From the NCBI RefSeq assembly GCF_000143415.4, contig NW_003314372.1, forward strand, positions 402,053-466,052: DNA of 64,000 nt, written 5' to 3'. Of the stretch, positions 36,701 through 49,164 are shown one piece after another (position 1 is the stretch's first letter; each line of letters starts with the position of its first letter). Under the pieces are notes generated by a model, which saw nothing but the letters and a program-made list of their open reading frames with translations, ran no database searches and was not told the DNA's origin. The position numbers and the translations under genes were made by a program. This stretch comes from Selaginella moellendorffii (taxonomy: Eukaryota > Plantae > Lycopodiophyta).

Positions 36701-37205
36701 AAATTTGAAAAATGGAAAGATGTTGGTTTGGGACGAACCAATGTTTTTCTTGTGTTTGAGAAGCCGTGAGCTCATCTCATGAGCTCATGTGCTCAAAACC
36801 TACCCAGGCTCCACTTGAGTCCTCCCCCTACTATACTTTTGGAGCTCACCAAACCCCCCAGCGTCTGGGAGATGAATGATTTGGGCTTTCACCCTCTCAG
36901 ACTTGAACTTAGACTCAGACTTGGACTCGGACTCGGACTCGGAATCGGTCTCGGCCTCAGCCTTGGTCTCGGCCTCAGTCCCAGTTTCGGTCTCGGTCTC
37001 AACTTTGGGCTCTATATTGGGTCCTTCTCGGACTCCATCTCAGATTCCATCTCGGGTCCATCTCGGACTCCATCTCAGGTCCATCTCGGACTCCATCTTG
37101 GTCCATCTCAAACTCCATCTCGGACTCCATCTTGAATCCATCTCGGACTCCATCTCGGACTCCATCTCGGGTCCCTTTTCTAGAGACTCTTTTATTGCTC
37201 ACTTC

Positions 37206-38973
37206 TGTGAGACACAAAATCCCTAGGCCCCAAAGTGGAGCTGCAAGGGTGCCACGTGGTAGTGTCCGAAGCGAAAGCCAAACGAGCGTAACAAGTTTGG
37301 ACTAAAAGCTCCAACTTGATAGGTCGAGAGCGGGAGTGGAACTCCCAACAAAGTGCTCGAGGAATGAGCACGAAGCGAGCAATAAGTGAGGCTCTAAAAA
37401 GGGACCCAAAAAGGACCAACACATGACACGTGGAAGAGTCTGAGATGAAGTCCGAGAAGGACCTGACATGGAGTCCGAGATGGAGTCCGAGATGGATCCA
37501 AGATGGATCCGAGATGGAGTCCGAGATGGAGTCCAAGATGGACCCGAGATGGAGTCCCAGATGGATCCGAGATGAAGTCCGAGATGGAGTCCAAGATGGA
37601 CCCGAGATGGAGTCCGAGATGGAGTTCACAATAGAGTCCGAGATGGACCTGAGATGGAGTCTGAGATGGAGTCCGAGATAGACCCGAGATGGAGTCTGAG
37701 ATGCACCGAGACAGAGTTCGAGATGGAGTTCGAGATGGACCGAGACGGAGTCCGAGATGGAGTCCGAGAAGGACCCGAGATGGAGTCTGAGGTCGAGACC
37801 GAGACCAGGACCAAGACCGGGACCGAGACCGAGACCGAGACTGAGACCGGGACCGAGACTGAGACCGGGACCGGGACTGAGACCGAGACCGAGACCGAGG
37901 CCGAGGCCGAGTCCGACTCCGAGTCCGAGTCCGAGTCCGAGTCTGAGTCCGAGTTCGAGTCCGAGTTCGAGTCTGAGAGGGTGAAAGCCCAAAGCGTTCG
38001 TCTATTAGACCCTGGGGGGTTTGGTGAGCTCCAAAAGTATAGTAAGGGGAGGACTGCAGTGGAGCCAGTTTGGCCAGGAAAGGCTAGTTTGGCCTAGGAA
38101 GGCCAGACCCAGTTTTAGGTGATGAACTTACCACTGGGAAGTCCAAGACTAGAGTGAATATGGACTAACAAGTGGGGTAGCTTGGTGAAGTGTTCAAGAG
38201 TCGGCTCTAGTTCCCCCGGGAGATCGACTGGCCAATGCTCCCAGTCCAAGTGTGGGTGGCACTACCTACTTGGATACCAGGCGTGGCTGAACGGAACCTC
38301 GTTCTAAGCCCATGGCTAGAGCACCTAAAGGCAGAAGGTGGGGAGAGTACCCATGGGGCTCGCGTAGGCCCGTGGTGTTCCGAAATGTTGTCTTCGAGTC
38401 CCAAATGGGGGAAAGGAGGAGGAACAGTCCTCTAGTGTAGTGATTAAGGATACAGTCACATGGTGAGGAAGTCCCAGAGGACTATGGGACTTAGTGGTCG
38501 GGCCTGTGGGCCTTGATCTAGTGGCAGTGTTGGCGAACATGGCCATGGACAAAAAAGGGACTTGGTAGGAACTAACAAAGGGATATTGAGGAAGGCTATT
38601 TCCCATGTCTGTGGGCATCCTAAGGATGCTAAAGAGTGGATCTGGGGTGACCACTCGTGGACGGATGACCCAGTCTTGGAGAGACAGGATTGTGATGCAA
38701 ATGGTATTGGACCACTAGTGCAGCAAAGGTGAATGGGCATGGCCTTAGCGTAACGGGCCGATATGTCTGTGGTACCTTTGAGTGTCGATCTTAGGACCGG
38801 ATACGTGGAGCGCTTGGACTAAGTGCAAGGGATGAGTGGCATGGATGCCATTCTCAGGGCTAGCAAGTCCCAAATCCTGAATTGGACTTAAGGAGGTTGT
38901 GAATGAGACTCCTCCAAGTGGTCGAAGGTGCAATTAAGTGACTAAAGTAGAATGGAAAAATTAGTCGCTTACA
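37206..38973 (+). mobile_element. Family A solo LTR
   Basis: TG..CA ends and a perfect TSD ACTTC (37201-37205 and 38974-38978). Confidence 0.95.
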
Positions 38974-39144
38974 ACTTCATGCTCGTTCCTTGAGCACTCC
39001 ATTGGGGGTTCCACTCCCACTCTCGACCTTTCAAGTTGGAGCCTTTTAGTCCAAACGTGTTACGCTCTTTTGGCTTTCGCTTCGGCCACTACCACGTGGC
39101 AGCCTTTCAGCTCCACTTTGGGGCTTAGGGATTTGTGTCTCACA

Positions 39145-41363
39145 CCTATGAAGGATTATGAGGATTATAAGATCCAAATATAAGAACAGTGGGTATTTCA
39201 TTGATGGGAAAACATGCTATACTAAAGTCATGGAAAGGTGTTCTCAAAAGAAAGTAACTTTGGCATAGAGTTATAGATGAACACTATGGTGTAGTGTTAA
39301 CTGATAATTGGCATGAGAAATGACTATTTTGGTTTTGGCAAAGAGCTAAACACAAGGGGAAAGTGTCATGAGAGTAGGCTCGTGGAACTGATAGGGTGGA
39401 GACCCCAAGTGTCTCCAAGGATGAGGCCTTGAAGTCAAGTTGGTTAGTTCATGAGAACCCTTTGCCAAATAAATCCCAATGAAAATAGGATTGGCATAAC
39501 CTAAGCTAGAAGGCATGTGATTCAAATGTTTGAACCCAAATAATGATGAGGTAGCACTAGCAATGAGTTGTAGAACTGGACAATTATGAAGCAACTAAGC
39601 AAAATGTGAGGCATAATTGATTGAATTAGTGGAAGTCAACTTCCCAAGACTTTTTATTAGGATAAAAAGGGGGGATAAATTTCTTATGTTGCAATATAAT
39701 GTGTCAATGTTATAAAAGGAAATGCTCGTTGTCAAAAGAAGTCCATTATAAAGACATCTATAAGTGACTAAATTTTCCATTCTACTTTAGTCACTTAACT
39801 ACACTTTCAACCACTTAGAGGAGTTTCACTCACAACTTCCATAAGTCTTATCCCAGACTTGGGGCTTGCTAACCCTGAGAATGGCATTCTTGCCACTTAA
39901 CCTTTGCACTTGGTCCAAGTGCTCCACGTATTCGATCTCATGACCAACACCCAAAAGTACTATCGATATAATAGGCCATTACGCTAAAGCCATGCCCATT
40001 CACCTTTGCCACATTGGTGGTCTAACACCACTTGCATCATAGTCCCATCTCTCAAAGACTAGGCCATCTGTCCTTTTCGCCTTTGGGTGCTCTAGCCATG
40101 GGCTTAGAGCGAGGTTCCGTCACCCCCCCCCCCCCCCCCCCTCACACCACCCCTGGGTGATGATTGCTTTGGGCTTTCACCCAATGGCCTGTATTAGTAT
40201 TTGGACTCGAACTCGGTCCTAGTTTCAGACTTGGATTCAGTGTCGGTTTTAGTTTCGGTCTCAGTTCCATCTCGGGTCCATTTCAAACTCCATCTCAGGT
40301 CCATGTTAGACTTCCACGTGTCATATGTTGGTCCTTTTGTATCCCTTTTTAGAGATTCACTTATTGCTCACTTCGTGCTTGTTTCTTGAGCATTTCATTA
40401 CGAGTTCCACTTTTCAAGTCAGAGATTTTAGTCTATATATGTTACACTCATTTGGCTTTCACCTCAGCTACCACCATGTGGCACCCTTTTGGCTCCTCTT
40501 TGGGGCCTAGGGATTTTATGTCTTACAATACCTAAGCACTTTTAAACACCTAAGAAGTGGTGTTTGGTATCATAAGGGCATTAAATAAGGCCCCAGGGAC
40601 TAAGTCACTAAAGAATAATGGATATGAGATGCTATTCAATATCCCAGTGATAGAAAGTTATAGATAGGAGAAATCCATCAATCCAAAATTAGACAAAGCC
40701 AAAAGGGATTTTGGTTAGGCTAGTGATAGGTATAAAAAAGCTCATGGGCATACATAGGGCCACGGTGTTCCGAAATGTTGTCCCAAAGTCCCAAATTGGG
40801 GAAAGGAAGAGGAGCGGTCCTCTAGTGTAGTGACTAAGGATACGGTTACATAGTGAGGAAGTCCCAAAGGACAATAGGACTTAGTGGCCGGGCCTATGGG
40901 CCTTGATCTAGTGGTAGTGTTGGCGAATATAGCCATGGACAGAAAAGGGACTTGGTAGGAACTAACAAAGGGATATTGGGGAAGGCTATTCCCCTTGTTT
41001 GTGAGCATACTAAGGATGCTAAGGAGTGGATCTGGGATGACCACTCATGGATAGATGGCCCAGTCTTGGAGAGATGGGACTATAATACAAGTGGTATTGG
41101 ACCACCAGTGCGGCAAAGGTGAATAGGCATGGCCTTAGTGTAACAGGCTGGTATGTCAGTGGCACCTTTGGGTGTCGGTCATGGGATCGGACACATGAAG
41201 CACTTGGACCAAGTGCAAAGGTTGAGTGGCATAGTTGCCATTCTCGGGGATAGCAAGCCCCAAGTCCAGAATAAGACTTATGAAGGTTGTGAGTGAGACT
41301 CCTCCAAGTGGTCGAAGGTGTGGTGAAGTGGCTAAAGTAGAATGGAGAAATTAATTGCTTACA
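39145..41363 (+). mobile_element. Old, deleted family A-related copy (interior plus partial 3' LTR) containing a degenerate minus-strand solo LTR at 39759-40527
   Basis: Diverged matches to the A interior and LTR. The nested LTR is flanked by ACATC/ATACC, a decayed ACACC. Confidence 0.75.
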
Positions 41364-41399
41364 ATAGGGTATAACATGCACCTTCATCAATACTTAGTA

Positions 41400-42660
41400 C
41401 AAGCACATGAATCCTAGCCTATATAGGCATGTCAACCCTGTTTCCATTTGGCAAGGGGTTCTTATAATCCCATCAACTTGACCTCAAGGCATCATCCTTT
41501 AGGACACTTGGGGTCTCAACCCCATTCGCTCCATGAGCTTACATTCACAACATTTTCCACTTGTGTCTAGGTCTTATCAAAACTAAAGCATTTGTTTCTT
41601 ATACCAATTACTGGTTAGTATTGCTTTATAGTGTATACATACAACTCTATGCTAAAGTTACTTTCTTCTGAAAACACCTTTCCCACAACTTTAGTATGGC
41701 ATATTTTGCCATTAATAAGATACCCATTATTCTTATACTTGGATGTCATAATCCTCCCTATCCCTTGTAAGGTACAATACACTTCAGTCCAAATACTTCC
41801 ACCAATTTTTTCAGACTATTCCTTGACTCAACTTGAGTCATTTAGTTTTTTAGACTTTACTAATCTAACAATCCGTAAGGTCCTAACTTTATAGTTATTT
41901 TTGAAGTGCTAGCGTGCTAGAATACAACTTCTTGTATTCATGTCCTACTCAAAAGGACTCTCTTTACAAATGTTACACTAACACTTCATTATTTTTTATT
42001 CTCTATGGGCTAGTTTTACCCCTTAGGACTATTCGTCGAAATGATGAGAATACCAACTCATCCTCTAAATACACCCCCAACTCTTTGCTTTGTTCCAGCA
42101 TTTATTAAAGGTAACCCCAACTACCATTTCAAGGACTTGTATCCTCATCCATATTTGACCAACCACGGTCATTAATTCTAATCTAAAATTCATGAGCATT
42201 AACCTCAACTATATGAAGATAATCTTATTTTTATTTTCTCAGAGTCTCTATCTTTCCCGTGATCCCAATTATAATTGTTTACCACAACCACATTAATTAG
42301 TTTGCTAAGACAAATGCTTATCTAGATCACATCCTCAATGTAAGCAACCAAAGAGAATGACTAAAAAGATGGTCTATAGGGTTCAAATATAGAAGGAAAG
42401 GGCTCATGAATAAGAGTGCACCCCCTTTTCCAATTAGTTAAGGGTCTTGGGATACTTGGGGTTAAGCGTCTTTGGGTTTGAATAGTACTGGGCTAGGTGA
42501 CATCCTGGGAAGTCCAAACTCAGGAGTTTACACTCAACTCTCTTAGGAAAACCTTGTACTATTCCCAAGATCCCAAAGTCATTCCATTATTGGCATTTTT
42601 CTATCCACCACCTCGTCTACAAATTCACACATGAACTATAGTGGAGATCCATGTCTACCT
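41400..42660 (-). mobile_element. Degenerate family A interior fragment
   Basis: Reverse-complement similarity to 29830-30870. Confidence 0.75.
42339..42532. mobile_element. 194-bp solo LTR of a further family
   Basis: TGTAA...TTACA termini and a perfect 5-bp TSD CTCAA. Confidence 0.8.
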
Positions 42661-45600
42661 TGTGAGACACAAATCCCTAAGCCCCAAAGTGGAGCCGAAA
42701 GAGTGCCACGTGGTAGTGGCCAAAGCGAAAGCCAAACAAGTGTAACACGTTTGGACTAAAAGCTCCAACTTGAAAGGTCGAGAGCAGGAGTGGAACTCCC
42801 AACAAAGTGCTCAAGGAACAAGCATGAAGCGAGCAATAAGCGAGGCTCCAAAAAGGGACCCAAAAGGACCAACACATGACACGTGGAAGTGTCTGAGATG
42901 GAGTCCAAAATGGACCCAAGTTGGACTCCGAGATGGAGTCTGAGATGGATGAAGACGGAGTCCGAAACGGAGTCCGAGATGGAGTCCGAGGTGGAGTCCG
43001 AGGTGGAGTCCGAGATGGAGTCCGAAGTGGAATCCAAGATGGAGTCCGAGATGGACCGAGATGGAGTTTGAGATGAAGTCCGAGATGGACCGAGATGGAG
43101 TTTGAGATGAAGTCCGAGATGGACTGAGACAGAGTCCGAGAAGGACCCAAGATGGAGTCCGAGGTCGAGACCAAGACCGGGACCGAGACCGAGACCGGGA
43201 CCAAGACCAAGACCAAGACTGAGACCAAGATCGGGACCGAGGCGGAGGCCGAGACCGAGACCGAGAGGGTGAAAGCCCAAAGCGTTTGTCTCCCAGACCC
43301 TAGGGGGTTTGGTGAGCTCCAAAAGTATAGTAAGGGGGACGACTATAGTGGAGCTAGTTTGGCCAGGAAAGGTTAGTTTGGCCCAGGAAGGCCAGACCCA
43401 GTGTTGGGTGATGGACTGACCATTGGGAAGTCCAAGACTAGAGTGAATACAGACTGACAAGCGGGGTAGCTTGGTGAAGTATTCAAGAGCCGGCTCTAGT
43501 TCCCCCGGGAGATCAACTAGCCGATGCTCCCAGTCCAAGTGTGGGTGGCACTACCTACTTGGATACTAGGCATGGCTCAATGGAACCTCACTCTAAGCCC
43601 ATGGCTAGAGCACCCAAAGGCGGAAGGCGGGGAGAGTACCCAGGTGGCTTGCATAAGGCCACCGTGTTCCGAAGTGTTGTCCCCAAGTCCCAGACTGTGG
43701 AAAGGAAAAAGAGCAGTCCTTTGGTGTGGTGGCCAAGGATACGGTCATGTGGTGAGGAAGTCCCAGAGGACCATGGGACTTAGTGGTCAGGCCTGTGGGC
43801 CTCGATCTAGTGGCAGTGTTGGCAAACGCGGCAAAGGCAAAAAGGGACTTAGTAGGGACTGACAGAGGGATATTGGGGAAGGCTATTCCCTTTGTCGGTG
43901 GGCATCCTAAGGATGCTAAGGAGTGGATCTGGGATGACAACTCACGAATGGTTGGCCCAATCTTGGAGAGACAAGACTGTGTTGCAAGTGGTATTGGACT
44001 ACCAGTGCAGCAAAGTGTAAGGAACCGACTCCCTGAGATGTCGTAGGCTAAAGGATCCCCAAAAGCTTGACCGAAATAACAAAGAGTTCATCGGATAGGA
44101 CCAAGTCGAGGATCGAGTCCAAGACCGACTCTAGGACCGAGTTCGAGATAGAGTCCGGAATCGAGTTCGAGACCGACTCGGGGACCGAGTTCGAGTCCGA
44201 GTTCGAGACCGAGTTCGAGACGGAGTCCGAGATCCGAAATCGGGTCCGAGACCGAGTCCGAGGTCGAGTCCGAGGTCGGGTCCGAGATCAGGTTTGAGAT
44301 CAAGTCTGAGATCGAGTCCGAGACCGAATCCGAAGTCGGATCCGAAATCGGGTCCAAGATCGAGCCAGAGACTAAGTCCAAATACTAATACGGGTCAAGG
44401 GGTGAAAGCCCAAAGCGTGCGTCTCCCAGGGGGGGGGCTGCAGGGGGTTCCAAAAGTATAGTAGGGATAGTGAGGTTCAGGAACCAGTCTTGAAGGAACT
44501 CTCCAATGGTGCTTCCAAACTGACTTGAGGTTGAGACTGGGGCCAAAGGGCCTTGGGTGGGAGTGAGCATGGGCCTCAGTGGTGCCGGAGGGGCCACCCA
44601 GGGAAGTGCTCAAGAGCAGCTCCTACTCCCGAAAGGGAAACCGACTGCGGTGCTCCCGGCTCAGGTGGAGTGGTGCCCCACTTGAGTACCTTGTGGCTCA
44701 TTGGTCCTCGCCCTTCCTAGGGGCTTGGGCCTTCCCTTTGGGATGGAAGTGGGGGGGTAGAGGTACCCATATTGGGCCGTTAAGCCACGGTGTTTCGCCC
44801 CGACGTCCCGAAGCAAGTGCTGCACCCAAGACTTGGGATTTAGAGGGTCCCATGATCAAGTCTTGTGGTACCAAGGGGTGTTAGGAATTTGGGGGCTTGG
44901 TCTGCTTAGCTGTTTGTGCTTGCGGGGAGTGTAGCCGAACCTTAAGTCTAGTCTAACCCGGGGAGGGGGATTGGGAGAGATTTGGGAATCCGTAGATGGA
45001 TGGCTAACACTCCGTTGCTCGTGCAGTAAGTAGCTGAAACCAAGTAGGAGCTGGTACCATAGGCGGGAACCTTGGCGAGGGAACTTAGCACAAGCCAAGG
45101 CAGAGTTGGTCGGATAGACGAGGTAAGTTGGCAAATGGGAAAGGAAAAATTTGTGGCTTACACAAAGGTGATTGGGCATGGCCTTAGCGTAACAGGCTGC
45201 TATGTCGGTGGTACCTTTGAGTGTCGGTCATGGGATCGGACACGTGGAGCACTTGGACCAGGTGCAAGGGTTGAGTGGCATGGATGCCATTCTTGGGGCT
45301 ACCAAGTCCCAAATCCTGAATTGGACTTATGGAGGTTGTGAATGAGACTCCTCCAAGTAGTTGGAGGTGTGGTTAAGTGACTAAAGTAGAATGGAAAATT
45401 TAGTCGCTTACAACTTGGTATCGGAGCTATTCCTTAGTCTGACTTTTATTGGTGCTCAAGTATATCACCATTGATATTGGCATCGGAAGGTCTTAGGAGT
45501 GGGCCTATCCGGGAGGAGTAGCATGTCGAGAGGACATGGCTCTCCACTCAAGTTCATGCGTGAACTTGGGCGCAATGTGGTGGATAGAAAAGGGGCCAGT

Positions 45601-48222
45601 AAGGGATCGACTTTGGGATCTTGGGAACAGTATAAGGGTTTCCTCAGAGAGTTGAGGATGTGATCCAAATGAGCATTTGACTTAGCAAACTGGCTGATGT
45701 AGTTGTGGTAAACAACTACAATTGGGATCACAGGAAAGATGCAGACTCCAAAATAATAAAGGAGTCACAAGATAATCCACACATAGTTGAGGCTGGTGCT
45801 CATGAATTTGAGACCGGAATTGATGACCATGAGAGGTCAAGTATGGATGAGGGCAAGAGCTCTCGAAATGGTAGCTGGGGCTACCTTTTATAAATGCTAG
45901 AATGAACCCAAGGAGTTGGGGGTGTGCTCAAAGAATGAGTCAGCATTCTCATCATGGGGATAGATAGTCCTAAGGGGCAAAAGGCAGCCCACAGAGAACG
46001 AGAAATAATGAAGTGTTGGAGTAACACTTAAAAAATGGTCCTTATGAGTAGGACATGAATATATGAAGTTGTATTCAAGTGAGCTGGCACCTCAAAAATA
46101 GGACCTTATGGGTTGTTGGTTTAGTGAAGTTCAAAAAAGCTGGATGACTCAAGTGGGGTCAGGGAATGGTCCTAAGGGATTGGTTAAAGCATTTAGACTA
46201 AGGTGTATGCTGCCCCATAAGGTATGGGGAGGATCATAAGATCCAAGTATGAGAACAAAAGATATCTCATTGATGGCAAAATGTGCCATACTAAAGTTGT
46301 GGGAAAGATGTTCCCAGAAGAAAGCAATTTTGGCCCAGAGTTGGGGACAAACATTATGGTGCGGTGCTAACGAATAGTTAGCATGAGGCACAACTATATT
46401 AGTCTTGGCAAAGACCTAGACACTAATAAGTAGTGTCATAAGGATAGGCTCGTGGGGCCAATGGTGTGGAGACACTAAATATGCCAAGGTGTGATACCTT
46501 GAGGTTATGTTGGTGGGTTCATAAGAACCCCTTGCCAAAGGGGAATCCCAACGGAAATGGGGATGGCATAGCCTAAGCTGGAAGGCATGTGGTAGAGTGT
46601 GGTGACCAAAACAATGATGGAGGTGTGGAAGCACCAACAATGAGTTGTAGGACTTGACAACTATGAGGCAACTAAGCAAAAGGTGTAAGATAATTCGTCA
46701 AACTGGTAGAAGGTAGCTACCTAAGACTTCTTAATGGCATAAAGAAGTTAGATATACCTTTACGAGGGATAAATTGCTTATGTTGCGATATAGTAAGTTA
46801 ATGTCATAAAAGGGAATGCTCATTGTCAAACAGGCCATCATTTGGGACACCAAAACACTCTAGGACACCGAGAGGTGGTGTTTAATGTCGCGAGGGCAAT
46901 AGATAAGGCCCAAGGGACTAAATCCCTAGCAAATGATGGATAGAAGGTGCTATCCAAATGTCCAAGGTTGCGGAGACGGGAGAAGACTATCTACCCAAAT
47001 TGGACAAAGCAAAAGATTGAATTTTGGCAAGGCTAGTGATGGGAATGTAAATGCCCATAAGCAACAACGTTAATCCCGGTGTGTGGGGATTATAAGGTGA
47101 GCATACCTGGATTGAGGAACCACTCCCTAGGATATTGGGTAGGTTCATCCCTAAGAATACTTGCTAGGGCATGATAGAAAGTGCAAAGCTATCCTCTTAG
47201 TCTGAAGGAGAATGACCGAAGGAAAGGTGTGAAGCCAAAAGCAAGTAGTAAAGGGATAGAACCAAACCAAAAGAATTGAAGGGCATAACCAAGGGTGGTT
47301 ATGCCAATTGGGAGTGGAGAATCAAGTGGGGGCTTGAGGGTGTTGTTGCTAGCAACCGTGATATTGTGGAAGGTCTAAAATATGGAATTGTCCATGTTAG
47401 ACTATATGGCAACTAGAAATTTTGCAAAAAGGGAGGCCTTAGCAAGCTAAGGGACATAGTTCCTTCAAAAATTCCCAAAGACGATTCTAGGTAGCTTAGT
47501 ACCTAGAAAGCCAAGCGTAAATGTTTCCTAGAGCGCGCGAAATCAGAGTGGCATAGCAGAAGCATGTTCTTGAAGCTGGCCATGAGGCAAGGCTATCAAA
47601 GTTGGGGAAGTGGTTCTCGAGTGTTCAAAGAGAGGGCTTTGAACGAAAGTCGATGGTTAAGGACTTTCATGCTTATGTAGGAACCATGTTACGGTGGCCG
47701 GATGACTTGCTAAGTGAGATTGGCAATTCAGGGGGACAAATCCCCTAGTTGAAGGTGCTAACTTCAAAGGGGTGGCCCATGGGGCCGAGTATGGAGGAGT
47801 GCATGCATGATCACAGGCTTGTCAAGTGAGAGGACTTGGCAGTGCGGGGGAACTAGGTTCCTAAGTTGTGATCTATAGCGCACTTTAAATATAAGTTGGT
47901 GCACCGGCGTGGGGAGTCACGCCAGGCATCTAAGGTGATGCCGTCCGTAGATGCATATACGGAAGTTGGGTTCGAGTCCCGACCCTCTAGTGCTTGGGTT
48001 CGAGTCCCAAATCACTAGGGCGTGGTGATGGTTTGGAATATGAGGACACTCATATTTTGGTGGTCATGGACTCTCAATGAGGAGACTGGTTTGGGCACAC
48101 TGCCAAGCGAGGGATGCCTCGGAGTCGTGATGCACGGTTAGATTGCTTAGAGTGAAAGCTCGGCATATCTAACTTGAACACTTTGGTGCAAAGGGCACCA
48201 AAGACGTGGTGAATGAGATGGG
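42661..48222 (+). mobile_element. Family A copy A4 (5' LTR 42661-45412, PBS, 3'-truncated interior)
   Basis: LTR termini are present and the PBS is at 45416-45427. The interior matches 29721-32520. Confidence 0.92.
44016..45162 (+). mobile_element. Family B solo LTR nested in the A4 LTR
   Basis: TGTAAGG...GCTTACA with a perfect TSD CAAAG. This defines the B LTR length as 1147 bp. Confidence 0.95.
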
Positions 48223-49097
48223 CAACTTTGATTGGCTAGGACCAAATAACATAGCTTCATGTTCAATGCCAGCACAAAAGCTAGAGCAAGAGAAGATACA
48301 AAGTTGACACATGTCCAGGTAAGTTATGCTAGGGTTTATCATTGAGTGTTTGGTGAGGTGCAATGCAAGAGGTTTTGCGTTTCACTGGATCCCACAATTT
48401 TTTTCCCAATGCAAGGGCTGGGTAAAAGAAGATGTGTATATAGGTATGATGCTAGTTCGTCCTGAGCCTCTTAGGATGACCAGGAAAATCAATTCCAGTA
48501 CATAAACACCCATGAAATTGATGAGCATGAGATAGTTTTGGCAGCTCTAATAGCTCTAATTTGTCATGTCGTCCACAGTGTTTCAAACAGAAAGATTATA
48601 AGTGGGAATTTGAGGGATCTTAGCTCTTGTTAAAGGAACTGGTGTTGGTGGTGCAAGGTGTTGCCAACCGCCCAGCATTGGCTGGGCAATTACAAGTATA
48701 TTCATAATAAGTTTGAATAATATTACTGATCAAGCAATTGCACCAACTACTACTCTAGAGTCAAAGGAGGAGGAGACTATTGCTCTGCTATGAAAATGAA
48801 TGAAAAGGAAAGAGCAAAAGAAGAGAAATGAAAAAAAAACAAGCTTTAAAAAAAGAATTCAAGCTCTCCATCTTAATTACCAGCACAGCAAGGAAAAGGG
48901 ATCTGCTTAATCTACAAACTATTTTTTTTCTCTTCCTCTTCTCCATGGACAAACCTAACAAAGTAGGTGCTGTTGGGAAAAGTGTAGAATAGGGACATGA
49001 TCTTTCAGGGAGAAGTTTAGTAATTGGCAAGCCTTATGAAAAAGTAATAGGCTCTTCCACACTTTTTCTGCTATCTTTTCCACCATAAAATTCAGTT

Positions 49098-49127
49098 GCC
49101 ACGTCTTCATTTCAAAGCGTGACACGT
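49098..49127 (-). promoter_or_regulatory. Two ABRE-like motifs upstream of RLK1 (one also upstream of RLK2 at 54652-54658)
   Basis: ACGTGGC and ACGTGTC on the minus strand. GCCACGT is conserved at a similar position before both paralogues. Confidence 0.4.
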
Positions 49128-49164
49128 CGGATTTTGGAGCCCCCAAGGGTTTTCTAGCATCGTC

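Larger units (their letters stand above)
27011..36806. mobile_element. Non-autonomous TIR DNA-transposon-like element (~2.5 kb without the nested A2) carrying a DNA methyltransferase gene
   Basis: Direct repeat GGCTCCACT at 27002-27010 and 36807-36815, present once in intact A LTRs. Inverted repeat CTGGGTAG(T/G)TTTTGAGC at 27019-27035 and 36791-36807. Subterminal inverted motif GTTCGTCCCRAACCAA at 27121-27136 and 36723-36738. Confidence 0.8.
26740..39144 (-). mobile_element. Old family A LTR split into pieces (26740-27010, 36807-37205, 38974-39144) by a DNA transposon and a solo LTR
   Basis: The pieces are colinear with the A LTR reverse complement and are joined by TSDs GGCTCCACT and ACTTC. 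Confidence 0.85.
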
